From the NCBI RefSeq assembly GCF_009914755.1, contig NC_060926.1: DNA of 64,000 bases; one strand, written 5' to 3'. Source of the stretch: the human T2T-CHM13v2.0 reference genome, Homo sapiens. Numbering within the stretch: position 1 is the first letter of the stretch; the number at the start of each line of letters is the position of its first letter. The translations under genes were made by a program, and so were the position numbers. Positions 15,886 through 38,112 of the stretch are shown in pieces. Below the pieces are notes generated by a model. That model searched no databases. It saw only the letters and a list, made by a program, of their open reading frames with translations, and was not told the DNA's origin.

Positions 15886-17713
15886 TCAACAATATAGAAA
15901 ATACTAGAAAGAAACAAGTGCATGACTATGGGGAAATGATGAGTTCACGCTGGGGCATGCTGAGACCGAGAGACTAGGGACATGAGAATCTGGAATGTAT
16001 AATCTCTACTATCTCAAAATTGCAGTGAAGTCAGAATCTCTTATCTCTTTGAATCCATTGTCTAGAAGCCACCTTTTATTCTCTTAAGCCATAGATAAGT
16101 GTACTTCAAAATACAATGAGAAAACCTTTGTTCCTTTAACTGCAATCTGCTAGGCAAAGAATAACAGATTCTCTAGAAAGTTAGGAATTACATTTCTTAA
16201 GGGACAAAGTGTAGTGTAGAACAGGCTCTGCTTCGAATTCTCTTTTTCTTACTAGCTCTGCTAACTTGGACAGTAACTTAGCTTCTCTATATGCCTTGGC
16301 TTCCTTTTCTCCAAAATGGGAATAATAATGAATGTGCAAAATGCACTCAGGACAGCACCTAGAACATAAGTGTTGGTTGCTTTTATTGTGTTGCTAATGG
16401 TTCCTGTCCTGAGGATGACACGTCCTCTCCCCAATGACGTTGTTGTTAAACATTTATATTGTGCTTTACCGTTTATCAGTAACTTCATATTACTATTTCT
16501 TTTGTTCTTCACAATCCCTAATGAATGTCAATGTCAAGCGACTAGTTCAGTGTACAAAATTAATGGCAAATCTAGAATTCCAACTAAGGGCCTGTAACTC
16601 TAAAACTGTGGTTTTCTCTAAATTGAGGAGATGTAGCCAATTCTTAATTATTCAAAACTATCTCTATTTGTTGGCTGTTGGTCTCCTCATTCTAGACACC
16701 AAGTAGAACTAGAAGAGCTAAATATAACCTAGTCAGTTTTGCAATTTGTAGCAACAACTATTTGAAGGTTTAGTGGGAATGAGATAAAAAGTAAATTATT
16801 AAGATTTGGAGACTACATAAGATTACATTACTCCTGATAATGGGGGTTGCTCTAAATAAAGTTAAATACTACTAACATAACACTGAGATACTCTTCCCTA
16901 ACCCATCCAGAGTGCCTTTCAGTATTTTACACAATGAAGGATCCTCAGAAGCATGTTTTCCCTTTAATTCTAATCTAAAATTTCCATTTCTCCTTTCCAT
17001 TTTCCTCCTCATATCACACTAAATAATTCTTCCTTCTTGGTACTTGGCCCCTCAAATATTTGTAGAACAGGGCTAAAGAAAAGACTGCCTGTTTCTCTGA
17101 GAGTGGAGAAACGATTAAATGGCAGCTCCTGCATATGAAAGTTGGCACGGCTCATGCCAAGAGAGAGAAGGCCTGCAGAAACGTGTTGAGCAAGAGCTGG
17201 GGAGAAAAGTTAACACTGCCCCAGAAGCCAGCACTGACTGAGGAATGATTATAAAGCCCTTGGCACGGCAAACTGTAGGTGTTGTGGAAATAGCTGTGAA
17301 ATATCATACCATAAATTTTCTTAACTGCTTGATTCCTGGGTTTCTGAGATGAATTATTTGTAATTAACTCCTCCACCAGACTCATTCTTTTTTCTGTCGC
17401 TCCCAAGGGGATCTGCTCTTGAGCCTGAGGTCTAGGTCAATTTGTGTAAAAGGAAATACTAACTTTATATATTTAGAAGAAATAAGATTTGTTTTTCCAG
17501 TTAGGTCCCAGTGTAAAGCTTTTTTGTTTTGTTTTTCCCCAGAGATGAACTAATAAAAGTTCTAGGCTGCATCTGCATTTACCAACATAACCATTTCAAA
17601 AACAAAATAGAAAATGTTAGTCAATTTGTTTTAACAGTGATAATAGTAAAACAGCAGCAGCACTTTTTTCAGTGCTTACTAAGTACTAAAGCAATGCTTT
17701 ATATGCTGTTTAA

Positions 17714-18062
<349 letters not shown>

Positions 18063-21033
18063 TAGTTTTGTCCTAATTTTACAGATAAGAAAACTTTGAA
18101 TTACAGAGGTCATATAATTTTCCTATAACAATAGTTGATGTCGGGGCAGAGTCATTCACACCTGGTCTGCCCCACTCCAAGCCTATCCTCTTTACTCACC
18201 ACACAATATTAAAGATTTGACTGAATGTCATCACTAACTTGCTGAATGACTCAATTGAGCTGAGTTTTCAGATAATCAGTTGTACATGTAGTCACACAAA
18301 GTTATGCAAATATAAAATGTGTAAGATGAATAATAATGGTCAGGATGGAACCCGTTCTTTTCAAAAATATGATTACCCTTAGTATTTTGAAAGCAAAAAG
18401 TAGTTTCAAGCATTACTCCATTTCAGTAAGACTGCTTTGTAAAAGGTCCTAAGCTTGTTTGTGGAGTCATGATATACTATGAGAGAACAGATCCCCATGA
18501 ATGGGTAGGATTTGAAAATCCTCTTGGCATCAGAAGAATGTGAAAGATTGTCCTATTTTATTCAGGGAGACCTCATTTTTATATCTAGTTGGACAGATAC
18601 TAGTCAAAAGACACAGGGATTCTGTTTATACCCAGTTGAATAAGAAAAAAACCTTGCTTTGTGAACTATCACTTCCCACTGAACCAAAGAGTATATTGGA
18701 TATTGCATGGTAAATTACACTGGCCACATGTGGTAGTTCCTAAGTAATTCCAGGTGTCTGACAGTTTGACCCAGCATAGGGAATGTAATTTTCAACAAGC
18801 TGGCCCTGGAAGCCAGGAGACCCTTCAGGCTACAATCTACACACTTCATTCCCAATTTCCACCTCCCCCCACCTTTGAGCTCCCCTTGCCATCATAGCCT
18901 CTGGTTCACACTGAAGCTTATGGAAGGGAGCAGGGATGCCATCACTAACTATGATTCCAACTACCACCTATTTTTCTAGCAAGGATGCTGCCAGTAAAGC
19001 AAATACTCTGGCATTTTAAAGAAGCTTAGAAATCAGGTCCCATGAACTGACAAATTGTTTCCATGCATGTCCTATTTGAGTGCTTCAATGAGGCAACTGT
19101 TTCCATGTTTGTTCCACAGTGATTGGTAACTCAGGGACACTTAATGAAACTGCTTCCTATCCATATTGACTATGGCTTTTTGAGAGCCATTAACCTTGCC
19201 AAACCTCACTCACTCTAGGTCCACCTCTAAGGGAGGTTTAAGAGCAAGTTTTGTGCTTTACGGGGAGGAATGCATTTCAGCCTGAACCACTGCCACCTCA
19301 TTCCTAGCCCTTGGCCTGAGAGGAGCACCTGCATTTAACTGATTCTAAGTGCCTGGCAAACCAGAGCGGCAACTGCACTGAGCACTTCCAGACTCTGCAG
19401 TCTGTGACTTTAGTGAGTACGAAGCCTCAAGCATGCTCTTTTAGCAAAGATTAATAGCAAATACATTTCTGTGATGATTTTGCACAACTAGCTTTTGGTT
19501 CTTGATTAAAATCAAGAAGACAATAGGTATATTCAAAAAGTGATAAACTAAGTGAGGTCACCATTAAAAAGTTCTTGAAATTCTTCTGTTTATTTTTTTT
19601 CCTTCAGCTATTTTTACAATTACTTCTCCTTCTCTCACTTTGTTAAATGAGTCAACGTGCACAGAAGGTAATTTTTCCAAATCAATTTCCCGATAACTAA
19701 GAATTACTACCTGGAAATGGACTGGGGACATGCGCCTAGACTGCGCAAGTTGAAAGAGGAAGGAAAGTTGATGCCCAAGAAATAAACAGATGGAGGCAAC
19801 CAAGTCAACACATCTAAGAACAGAGTTGTTGGGGGGTGGGGGATGTGGTATGAAAGAGGACCACTCATGAAAAAAAATTGCCTTCTTTATAAAATATATG
19901 AAGGGTAAAATTTGAGGTTGGGTTAGTTGGTAGAAGTAATACTGAGTTAGAATTAAATGGACCATAATGAAGTAGGTTTAGTTGGGGTCTTAAAGTTACA
20001 AATGTCATAATTAGACTAAACACTAGTGAGAAAACAACTTGTGATTGACTCCATTAAATTTAGAGCTGCAATAAAGTTTTATGGTAGGGAAAGACTGAAA
20101 TGACTGTGGTTGGTGCACACACGGAAAAGGAGCATGAAATAAGGTATTAAAGACAATTTTTTTTTCAAAACATGAGAGTGGAATAAGGGGTGAGATTTAA
20201 AATAACATTACGTGAGTGTATGATAACACGCCTTAAATATAACTCCTTTCATCTGTATGCCACTTATAAAATGACTTGAAGGCATGTGGGCATGTGAAAA
20301 GAGCTCAGTAATTTCAGTCTGCCAGCTCTATGGCAAGCCACAGAAGCTAATTAACAGTGCATAGCAATGTTTCACAATTGTTTCATTCTGGAATGGAAGA
20401 ACAATTTATCTCATTGAAAGGAGGGGGAAATTTAAGGTGAAGGTAATTGCTCAAACTGGATCTTGAGCAAACACATACCCCTAACATCTGTCGGTTAGAG
20501 TAAGGTTATTGAAATTATCTTGGCATTTTTAATTAGAAGAAAATGGGGCTTCAGTTTTCTGTTTCCTCCACACAATCTTAACAAGCATCTAAGACACTAA
20601 AGATACAGAAACCTGATGACTGAGATTGCCTGAGAATCAGCAAAGAAAACCCAATGATTATAAACACATTTTAAAAGAAAAAGAGCATCACTTTACAAAA
20701 TGTGGCTACTTGCACATGTAAGGAGTTGAAGTGAAGGATTCCTGTGGAGTAGAAGTGGGATGGGTTTGGAATGCATGGATTGTTTTAGAAAGATCGCCTA
20801 TTGGAACACAGTGCCAGAGTGCATCAGTTTGGAAGGTGATAAGGTGAGGGTTTTTTTGTTTTTGTTTTTGAAAAAAGAAGAAAGAAGAAGAAGGGTCTTT
20901 GATAGAGGAGCAGTTATGGGAGAGATTAAGTGATCCGAAGAGAAAAAAATTAGAGAGTAAAGGCTAGTAACAAGGACTCCAAGAATTGAGGAGGCTGTAG
21001 GGTAAGGGAAGGGTGGGCCGTGTCAAAACTCAC

Positions 21034-21511
21034 CAGCTCCGTCCGCAGTAACGATGGCCTCGGGAGAGATGCACACGCCCCTGTCGTACACTGGCAGCTC
21101 CTCGCAGGCCAGGTTCTCCGGCCACGAGTGGCGGTACTTGATGAGTATGGGCTCACAGCCCTGCCGGGCCCGCTCGCACACAGACTTACAGGGCTTGATG
21201 GGCTCGTGCTGGAAGTCAATGGTGCAGATGGGCGCGTACATGGCACAGAGGAAGAAGAGCAGATCGGGGCTGCAGTGGGTGCCCAGCAGACCTTCGAACT
21301 GCTCGATGGCCAGGATGGCGTTGGCCTGAGTGCTGTGGTGCAGGTGGTTGGGCATCTTAGTCATGTTCCAGGGCAGGGACTTGCACAGGGGGATGCGGAC
21401 GGGCTCACAGGCTGCAGCCCGAGCCCCGGGCACCCGGAGCAGGCAGAGAGCAGCCAGGGCAAGCAGCCCGGCCCGCAGCAGCAGCATCCCTCCCGGGCTG
21501 CCGCAGACCAT
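21034..21511 (-). CDS. FRZB: FRZB/sFRP3 coding exon 1 (signal peptide plus Frizzled cysteine-rich domain), 478 nt
   Basis: ATG at 21511-21509 gives [51 protein letters not shown]...[13 protein letters not shown], a hydrophobic signal peptide followed by a 10-Cys Frizzled CRD matching FRZB. Donor site CTG|GTGAGT at 21034/21033, phase 1. Confidence 0.98.
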
Positions 21512-21756
21512 GATCCCGGCAGGATGGGGCAGGGTGCAGCCGCGCAGTGGACGCCAAAAGGCCCGCTCCGCCGTCTCCGCCTCCCCCGCTGCAAGTGGAC
21601 ACAAGGATCTGGGAGCTTCTCCTCCCCCGGCAATCACCGCTTCCTTGGATCAAATTCCCCCAATGGGGTCCCACGAGCTTTACCGAGCTCCAGCCACCGC
21701 CCCTGCCGCCCAGGCTGCTCTTTCCCAACGTCTAAGCCTTCGGAAGCAGCAACATC

Positions 21757-21764
21757 TATTTATT
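21757..21764 (-). promoter_or_regulatory. TATA-like element (AATAAATA) upstream of FRZB
   Basis: A/T box about 250 bp upstream of the ATG at the edge of the GC-rich 5' region. The TSS cannot be determined from sequence alone. Confidence 0.35.
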
Positions 21765-24102
21765 CCTCTCCCTCTGGCAGAAGCATCAGACTTCGCAGAT
21801 CAGTCAGATAAGAGGGACACGAGAGGAGGCGAGGAAGACATAAAAACAAAAGTAGAATTCAGCTGAGAGCTAGTTGGAGCTCTGGGGTGTCTCCTCCCCT
21901 AGATCACGCACACAAAAAGATGCTAAAGAAAGCATTAAATTCCCCAAAGTGAGGAGGACAGAGGGGTTGGGGGGAAGGAGGGAGGAAAAGCTCCTAATGG
22001 AGAGAAGGGTGCAGTAAGAGTTTACAAGTCCTGTGTGGGCTAAGAGCTGCGGCCGCCGCTGCGGCTGCGACCCTGGCTGGCAGGAGGGACGCTCAGGAGG
22101 AGCCCCGCAGGGACGTCTGTGCCTCTGCCCGGGCGGCTCTGCACTTTCCTACCTCCCGCCTGAGAGGGAGCTCCGCCCCTGGGGCAGTCTCTGCCCTCCA
22201 GTGCCGGCTGCTCTTCCCGAGAATGGAGTGGGCGCCCGGGGAAGAGAAGGCCTGGGAGTCGCAGGCAGTGGGGTGCGAAGCCGTGCGAGTGCGAGACCCC
22301 AAGACAGCGCCGAGTCGAGCGCGCCCTCACACTAGGGAACCCGTCTTTGGCCCCAGAAACGAGCCCCTAGCCCCTCACTGAAGAGCCCACCCCAATTCCC
22401 TACGGAAAAGTCCCCCTAGTTCCCCACTTGGGAACCCACCCGAGACCCTCCTTCCTGGAGGTATTTCCTTTAAGCAAACTACAGCTTTTCCTCTGCAATC
22501 ACTGGCTCTGCAGAAAGTCAGACCTGGTGGGGGGAAAGGCTTAAGCAATGTCACTTTGTCCAAGTAGCGGAAAACACAGACCCCTGCGAGCAACGGTGGA
22601 GCCATATCAACCCAGAGCTAGTGACTACAGAGGTCTCCATTTTCAATAACTGCGGGGGAGGAGGTGGGGGGAGGATTGCCTTTCAAAAAAAAAAAAAAAG
22701 AGAGAGAGAAACAAAGAAATGCTGTTCATGACTACAAATAGGCCACCAGAAGCAAGGAAAAGGGGTTTTTTCCTTCTATTCCCGCCCCCCCCACCTAGTG
22801 GAATTAGAACTCTTGAGCTTTGCTCCTTAAGGGTTAACGTGGAAACTAACAGCTCTAATACACTTGGACTTTTTTTTTCTGATTTTGCTCACGGATAACA
22901 TGGCAGATATTATTTGTTATTCTCAGCAACAATTCTGCCCGACACTTAAAAAAAAAGTGTAGGAAAACGACATCACGCAGGTAATAATGATGATTATAAC
23001 AACAATCAAAACCTTTCCATCCAGATGAGTTCAATCTGGAGGAGAAAATGGAAAACAGATCCCCTCCTGGTCTGCTTCTTCCACTAATGAGCTCCCTCTT
23101 CCCCCCACCCCCGCCCCACTCTACCCTTTCAGCTTATATTGTAAATGGAATGACCTGCAGAGGCCTTCACACTATGCCCTCTCAATGGGAAATCACTGAG
23201 CAAAAGGATTGCCGAATGTCAGAAAACACAGCCTTCATTGAGAGGAGAAGGAAACAAAACCTGAAACAAAACAGGAAGTCACCTTTGCTCTGCATCACTG
23301 AAATATTTCTCTGCTTCAATTTAGCCATCTCTCACCGTCCATAACAAGCAGAGAAATATGTCCCCACTTCAGAGCACATAGTGAGATGCTCATTTTCATT
23401 CCCTAGAGTGACTTGACAGCACTTATAAAATGTCAATGCTAACTTGAGTTATGGAATTTTATATCTAAAATGATCATAAACAGCAGTTTGTGACTGCTGT
23501 AAATTTTTTTGGAAGGAAGTTTGTTCCACTTATGGTGGCGGGGGCGGGGAACACCAGATGGTAGACAGGGAGTCAGTTAGTATACAAACTTTGCCTGGTC
23601 TACAATTATCTAGTGTCATGTAAGAGAACAAATTCAAAAATTGTACAAACGAATTTAAAATGATTTATCAAGTAAAATTTAGAGGAAAAACAACTTTAAA
23701 AGACAGTCAACATTAGAACATTTTGGGACTATTTTGTATAAGAAAAATATAGCTGAGATTTTCAATAATTAGAAGAAAAAACATCAGGAGTAGATGTAGT
23801 AGATTGTTTGCTAAATACATTTTTCTGTTCATCTTAAGTCTTACAGTGTGAGAAGAAATGTGCCAATAGTTTTAAAGGTTCTACAACTATTTGAAACAAA
23901 GTCTGTTTTCCTTCCCCTGCACAAAAGTCAGCTATCTTCTTTGTCTAATAGGTCCCCTTACAACTTTAATCCAAATTTGTTTTTATAAAAGCCCAAAATA
24001 AATGTCACTGTCTTGAGGAAGCCCTTTTGAGTACCTTGTCTAGTTGTGTTCATTTTTCTGGTTAGTTACCCTTGAACAGTGTTTGTTTTTACAAATTATT
24101 CC

Positions 24103-25200
<1,098 letters not shown>

Positions 25201-25355
25201 CAAATTATTAATATACTAATACTCTGCTGGAAACAAAAAATCTATGGACACCAGATTCAAGGACTTCAAAGGGCTCCACACAATGCATATCCAGGTTATG
25301 ATATGCATTGGTTATGATAGCCAGAGGACACCTGGCTGTCTGAGAGCTGCAGCAT

Positions 25356-25370
25356 AGCGCCCCCTAGCAC
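25356..25370 (-). promoter_or_regulatory. Candidate CTCF site
   Basis: AGCGCCCCCTAGCAC (reverse complement GTGCTAGGGGGCGCT) matches the CYAGGGGGCGC core, with a retained CpG in non-repeat DNA; the 5' CC positions mismatch. Confidence 0.4.
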
Positions 25371-26226
25371 CTAGTTGGGACTATGGGTTAATTCCAGGCT
25401 CAACCACTGCTTAGGAAGTGCACCCAGACCCAGTGATGGCCAGTCAAGCTTCTTAGGATGAGTAATGATACCATGATCATTGACATTTGGTTTAACTTCC
25501 TGACAGGTAGGTGTTCCTGTGGCAATGTCAAGAAAAAGATCATGCTAGAGTATATTACTTTGATATAGCCATATTACCAAAATTCAAATTTGGCCAATTT
25601 CCCCCTCCCTGCCCCAATTTTGCAATGTCTTATTTTGTCAGTAATTTGAATATTCACATTATTTTTTCATCTGTTTAAATAAACTGTAAACCTATCCTAG
25701 GTTTGTGTTAATAAGTCTGCCCACATCTTTCCTATAAGAAAATGTGTTTGCAAAAAATAAGAAAATATTCTTACATTTTCACAAGCAGAGCTGATATGTA
25801 AAATAGTTAAAAACTGGTACAGTTGAACACCAGTGAGTCAGAATGGCTGTGGCCAGGCCCATTCTGTACTATCAGGGTATCAAGGAGCAAGGAATTAGTG
25901 TTTATTGAGTACTTGCGAGTACTTTATGTGAGGTATGTAAACCACTTTTTAAGCACATAAACTGCTCAAGGTATTAGTTCCAAAGATGAAGAAAATAAGG
26001 CTCCATAAGATGAAGTTTCCCAAAGTTCTCACAGATAAATAAGGGCCTGGCAGAGTGGGATTCGAATCCATGCTCTTTTAACAATTCCAATCATCTGTTT
26101 CATAGGCAGAAAAGAGCCAGGGAAAGGGAAATATCAGGGATCTCTGTGAGCTTGGGTCTCAGCCTGCACCCTGACCACACCAACTGTCAGATATTGGCTC
26201 TATCTTCTTAAGAATGGAAAGATGTC

Positions 26227-26547
<321 letters not shown>

Positions 26548-26743
26548 AAGATGTCAAGATGTCAAGCCCAATGAGAAGCTTTGGATTTCAGATGGGGAGA
26601 CCTCCTTGCTCATAGCCTCTCCCTGAGGTATTCTGCAGACCTAGTAATTCCTTGAGTTCTGCCTTAGGAAGAAGATCTTACCCTTTCCCATCTCCACGCA
26701 AACCAATAAAAGCTTCCCAACTGTTCAATGCAGCAACATTAGG

Positions 26744-26915
26744 GCAATGATTCTCAAACTGAATCATGCAGCGGAATCCCCTGGAAGGCTCCTGAAAACA
26801 CAGGTTGCTGGGCTTCATCCAGAATTTCTGATAAGGTAGGTCTGAGAATTTGCATTTCAAATAAGTTATCAGGTGATCCTAATACTGCTGTCGAAGAACA
26901 ACACTTAAAATCACT
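26744..26915. mobile_element. MER5A (hAT-Charlie)
   Basis: caatgattctcaaact...ggaatcccctggaaggc...tttctgat..gtaggtctgagaatttgcattt...caggtgat. Confidence 0.75.
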
Positions 26916-27393
26916 CTTTTGAACTAGATATTAAGCTCTGATTTACCCCAAGTAAATGCTTTTCATGCTATAAAGATTTCATGATTTTATCTCCTTTTAT
27001 CTTTTCTCATAGGAAAATTGGAAACAAAATTGTAATAAAGCAACCTAATAGCTAAATGACTCTCTAAAGTTTGTCTAGATAACTCTACCACTCAAAGATC
27101 ATAATAATAGCCCCAGTGAGACTCAGCCTTACAATCAGCTGGCCCTCTGACCTTTATGTACTGTCCTAAGGGTCACAGCGTCACTCTACCTCTGTTGTAG
27201 AAGAAGAACGATAGATCCAGCTTCAAAGAAGTTCCAGAGGGAATCTTAATATCTTAGTGGTGGAATGAACCTCAACAATCTAATCCACCCACCTCTTTCA
27301 CCTCTGCAACCTTCTAGCCCTCCCCTCCATACCTTAATTTGAAAAGAAGACTTGAGATAAAATCACTTACCCAAAATCATGAAGTTAATGGCA

Positions 27394-27851
27394 CGTATGG
27401 CAGATGTACCTACCAGCAGCAATAACTCAACTTAAGCATACCCTGAGAATGACCCTATGGTCTAAAAACAATGTGTGTTCAGAGCTGCGAGGTAAGGAAT
27501 TCAAAAGTGACCAATCCAGAGATTAATTCATTATTTATGAGGAACATATGAACCCCCAGCCCATCCCATGGAATGCAGGCCATACAGGGGATTGAGGCTG
27601 TTTGTTTTGGGTTAAATGAAGTTTGTTAGGTAGGGGTTCCTAAGGAGAGGGTGCCAAGTGAAAATTCTGTATAAACAGCGTGATTTCTACAAATGGTAGT
27701 GGTTCTGCTGTCCAACCTACTGCCACTGGACTACCCTGTATGTAAGTTCCCTCAGTAAACTCCATGTCTCATTTGCTGGCTCTGGGTCCCTTCTTCAGCT
27801 TCTTGAACATGGTATCACCCTTACTGAAGTCAATAGGGGCCTGGTGTGACA
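27394..27851 (+). mobile_element. Solo LTR, LTR47-like (ERVL)
   Basis: Contains ttaagcataccctgagaatgaccctatggtct and tatgtaagttccctcagtaaac and ends in gtgaca. 5-bp flanks tggca (27389-27393) and cggca (27852-27856). Confidence 0.75.
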
Positions 27852-27858
27852 CGGCAAC

Positions 27859-28151
27859 TCATATGGTTTGACTGTGTCCCTTCTGTCCCCAGCAAATCTC
27901 ACCATGAATTGTAATCCCCATAACCCCTATGTGTCAAGGGCAGGACCAGGTGGAGGTAATTGGATCATGGGGGCAGTTTCCCCCATGCTGTTCTCATGAT
28001 AGTGAGTGAGTCTCGTGAGATCTGATGGCATTTCCCCTGCTTGCGCTCATTCCATCCTGCCGCCCTGTGAAGAAGGTGCCTGCTTCTCCTTTGCTTTCCG
28101 CCAAGATTGTAAGTTTTCTGAGGCCTCCCCAGCAATGCAGAACTGAGTCAA
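27859..28151 (+). mobile_element. THE1 (THE1D-like) MaLR LTR, 5' part
   Basis: atatggtttgactgtgtccc...gattgtaagttttctgaggcctccccagcaatgcagaactgagtcaa follows the THE1/MST consensus. Confidence 0.85.
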
Positions 28152-28485
28152 GTGCTGGGATTACAGTAAATTCTATTTAATTTTCTAAAACTATCTGCAT
28201 TTATTATTTTGACTGAAACATAAATATTGTCCCCACCATAACTAGAGACCACTCAATGGTACCATAGCTAATCTGACGTGAGATTAAATAAAATTTTGGT
28301 GACTAATTAAAAATAGGATTATCCTAGATTATCCAAATAGGCCCAACATAACCAACAAGGTCCTTAAAAGACTCATGAAGTAAACCTAACAATGCCATAA
28401 GTGTGACATTTTGGGACGAGGGAGAAATGTCAAGAGGCATTTTAGGCAACTTTCTACGTGATATGTGCTATGTAAAACTTAGTCT

Positions 28486-28784
<299 letters not shown>

Positions 28785-28796
28785 TTACCCAGCTTT

Positions 28797-28903
28797 GTGC
28801 TCACTTCACCAGCACATATACTAAAATTGGAACAATACAGAGAAGATCAGCATGGCCCCTGGGCAAGGATGACATGCAAATTTGAGAAGCCTTCCATATT
28901 TTT
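28797..28903 (+). pseudogene. Full-length U6 snRNA retrocopy, 5' part of a U6/L1 chimera
   Basis: GTGCTCACTTCACCAGCACATATACTAAAATTGGAAC...ACAGAGAAGA...TTCCATATTTTT: 107 nt, about 10 mismatches to U6 by my count, mostly at CpGs. No U6 upstream promoter; fused directly to L1. Confidence 0.95.
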
Positions 28904-35650
<6,747 letters not shown>

Positions 35651-35652
35651 AA

Positions 35653-35706
35653 AAATTACCCAGCTTTGGGAATTTCTTCATAGCAATGTGAAAATGAACT
35701 AATACA
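35653..35706 (+). mobile_element. THE1 LTR, displaced 3' end
   Basis: aaattacccagctttgggaatttcttcatagcaatgtgaaaatgaactaataca is the typical THE1/MST terminus. Confidence 0.8.
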
Positions 35707-36331
35707 GTAGTTAAGTGTGTTTGCTAGTTTGATCTATTTACACAATTCTCCTTCTCTATTGGTAGTGTGTGTTTTTCTTATACACCTGGAAACAGAAAAT
35801 GCCTATAGAAATATATCTGATAATTAACATAATGGTATTCAGTTTATGTAATACCTTAAAATAATCTTTTAAGATTATTTTAAGTCTATTATTATAGACT
35901 TTTCAAGCAGTCCAAAAGGTTTTCAGGGTCTGGAAGGGGAAGTGTGGGGCACATCCAAGAACCCACACTGTAGGCTCTCCCCATGTCAGTTGAAACCCCG
36001 ATGATTCTGAATTTCTGTCTAATCTCCCTTTGACAAGATATAATTACAGATAATTTCTAAAACACCCTTTCTATCATCTTACTCTAGAATAGACCTACAT
36101 GTTTTGCCACATCTTTTGTATTATCGTATCTTTTAAAGCCTTATTTTATTGCTTATTTCTCCTTATGGTAACAAAGGAGCAACCAAGTAGCATACAGGTC
36201 ATTCCAACATGAGTTTTATGCTGCAGTTATAATGTAGACACCTAAACAACTCATTGTGACCGAGGCCTAATTAGAAACTAGCCTTAAAATGATCCCTCAC
36301 AAGACAATAAATCCAACAGAACAATCAAAAG

Positions 36332-36644
<313 letters not shown>

Positions 36645-36679
36645 TCATTCATCTATGATTTGTTAAATGTGAGTCATAC

Positions 36680-37138
36680 CTGGATTAAGAAAATATGGCA
36701 CATATACACCATGGAATACTATGCAGCCATAAAAAATGATGAGTTCATGTCCTTTGTAGGGACATGGATGAAATTGGAAATCATCATTCTCAGTAAACTA
36801 TCGCAAGAACAAAAAACCAAACACCGCATATTCTCACTCATAGGTGGGAATTGAACAATGAGATCACATGGACACAGGAAGGGGAATATCATACTCTGGG
36901 GACTGTTGTGGGGTTGGGGGAGGGGGGAGGGATAGCATTGGGAGATATACCTAATGCTAAATGACGAGTTAGTGGGTGCAGCGCACCAGCATGGCACATG
37001 TATACATATGTAACTAACCTGCACAATGTGCACATGTACCCTAAAACTTAAAGTATAATAAAAAAAAAAGAGTAAAGGAAATGAAAGCTACCATAATATA
37101 ATAACAAAAAGTCAGTGCCTATGAGAGACAAAAAAAAA
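36680..37138 (+). mobile_element. 5'-truncated young L1 (L1PA2-like) with extra 3' segment
   Basis: Diagnostic gagatcacatgg, gcattgggagat, gacgagttagtgggtgcagcgcaccagc (GAG rather than the Ta-type ACA) and aacttaaagtat. TSD aaatgtgagtcatac at 36665-36679 and 37139-37153. Confidence 0.9.
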
Positions 37139-38112
37139 AAATGTGAGTCATACATCTTACGTTTAATCTGGAAGGCAAATCAGTCTCTTTCATTGATATA
37201 TAAATAATGATAAAACTAACCTGCAAACTTGGCAACCACATAAAGTATTAAATCCAATGCATTTTTTTAAATCTAAACTTTTGTCTTCAGTCTTGAAGAA
37301 TAAATGCTAATCAGAATGTCAGAAGTGCCTATTGAAAGATTTTTAGGGGTAAAGTAAGACATTTCAAAATAAATTAGCCAATGTAAAGGACCTACATCTT
37401 AAGATGGATCCTCCTAGTGCTCAGAGAACCTTCCCTGGGAACAGCTTTAGTACCACTATATCACTAATCAACAGATTGGCCCCACCTGGGAATCCTGACC
37501 TGCTGCTCCTCTTGCTAACCCAACAACATTAACCATCCTGTGCAATTTTTCCTCCAAGATATTTTCTAATTGAGGCCCTTATCCTCAAGGTGGCTCTCAG
37601 CTATCTATCTCACTCTTCCCATCACTGGGTAATAACTTTACCTCTGGCTAATACTCTTTCAACCTTTCTGTCCATTCTTCCATCACAAGGAACTGAATTA
37701 TTATAATGTAACTCAGGCCAGAAAAATGGGATCCACTCAATGCTAACATCCTTAGTAACTCAATAGTTAATTTAGTAGCTAGAGAATTTCCTAATTATAA
37801 GTCTCGAAAGGTGAATGCAGACATCTTGCCTTTTTCTTGGGTATATTTAATCATATTTCATAGATACAAGATAATAATTCTTAAAGTGTAGCTGTAAGAG
37901 AAGGCAAATACAAATATTTTATTCTTCCTCTGTATTTTATCTCTCTGAAATCTACGCCTTAGAAATCCATTTTTCCTTATTAAAATTTTGGCTCCTTTTT
38001 TTCATGTGATTACTCACTCATTTGGAAACAGAAAGAGTTGAAATTAAGTCAGCTCCAGAGGGTTATGCTTTGAATTTTGTAGCCTGTATAATAACAGCAA
38101 ATACTTATATAT

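Larger units (their letters stand above)
21015..22360. promoter_or_regulatory. CpG island / FRZB promoter and 5' UTR
   Basis: Abrupt GC- and CpG-rich stretches (about 21015-21750 and 22040-22350) in an otherwise AT-rich, CpG-depleted window, overlapping and upstream of the FRZB start codon. Confidence 0.85.

Noticed and set aside
21020-21811. 263-aa + strand ORF and other overlapping ORFs in the CpG island
   Set aside because: Antisense shadow of FRZB exon 1 in GC-rich, stop-poor DNA; GTG start and no recognisable domain.
21960-22800. G-rich tracts as promoter G-quadruplexes
   Set aside because: G-runs are present but mostly do not form a clean four-by-G3 pattern with short loops, and they are common in CpG-island flanks.
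28797-28903. Functional U6 snRNA gene
   Set aside because: About 10 substitutions, an Alu tail instead of PSE/TATA upstream, and retroposition hallmarks (TSD, L1 fusion).
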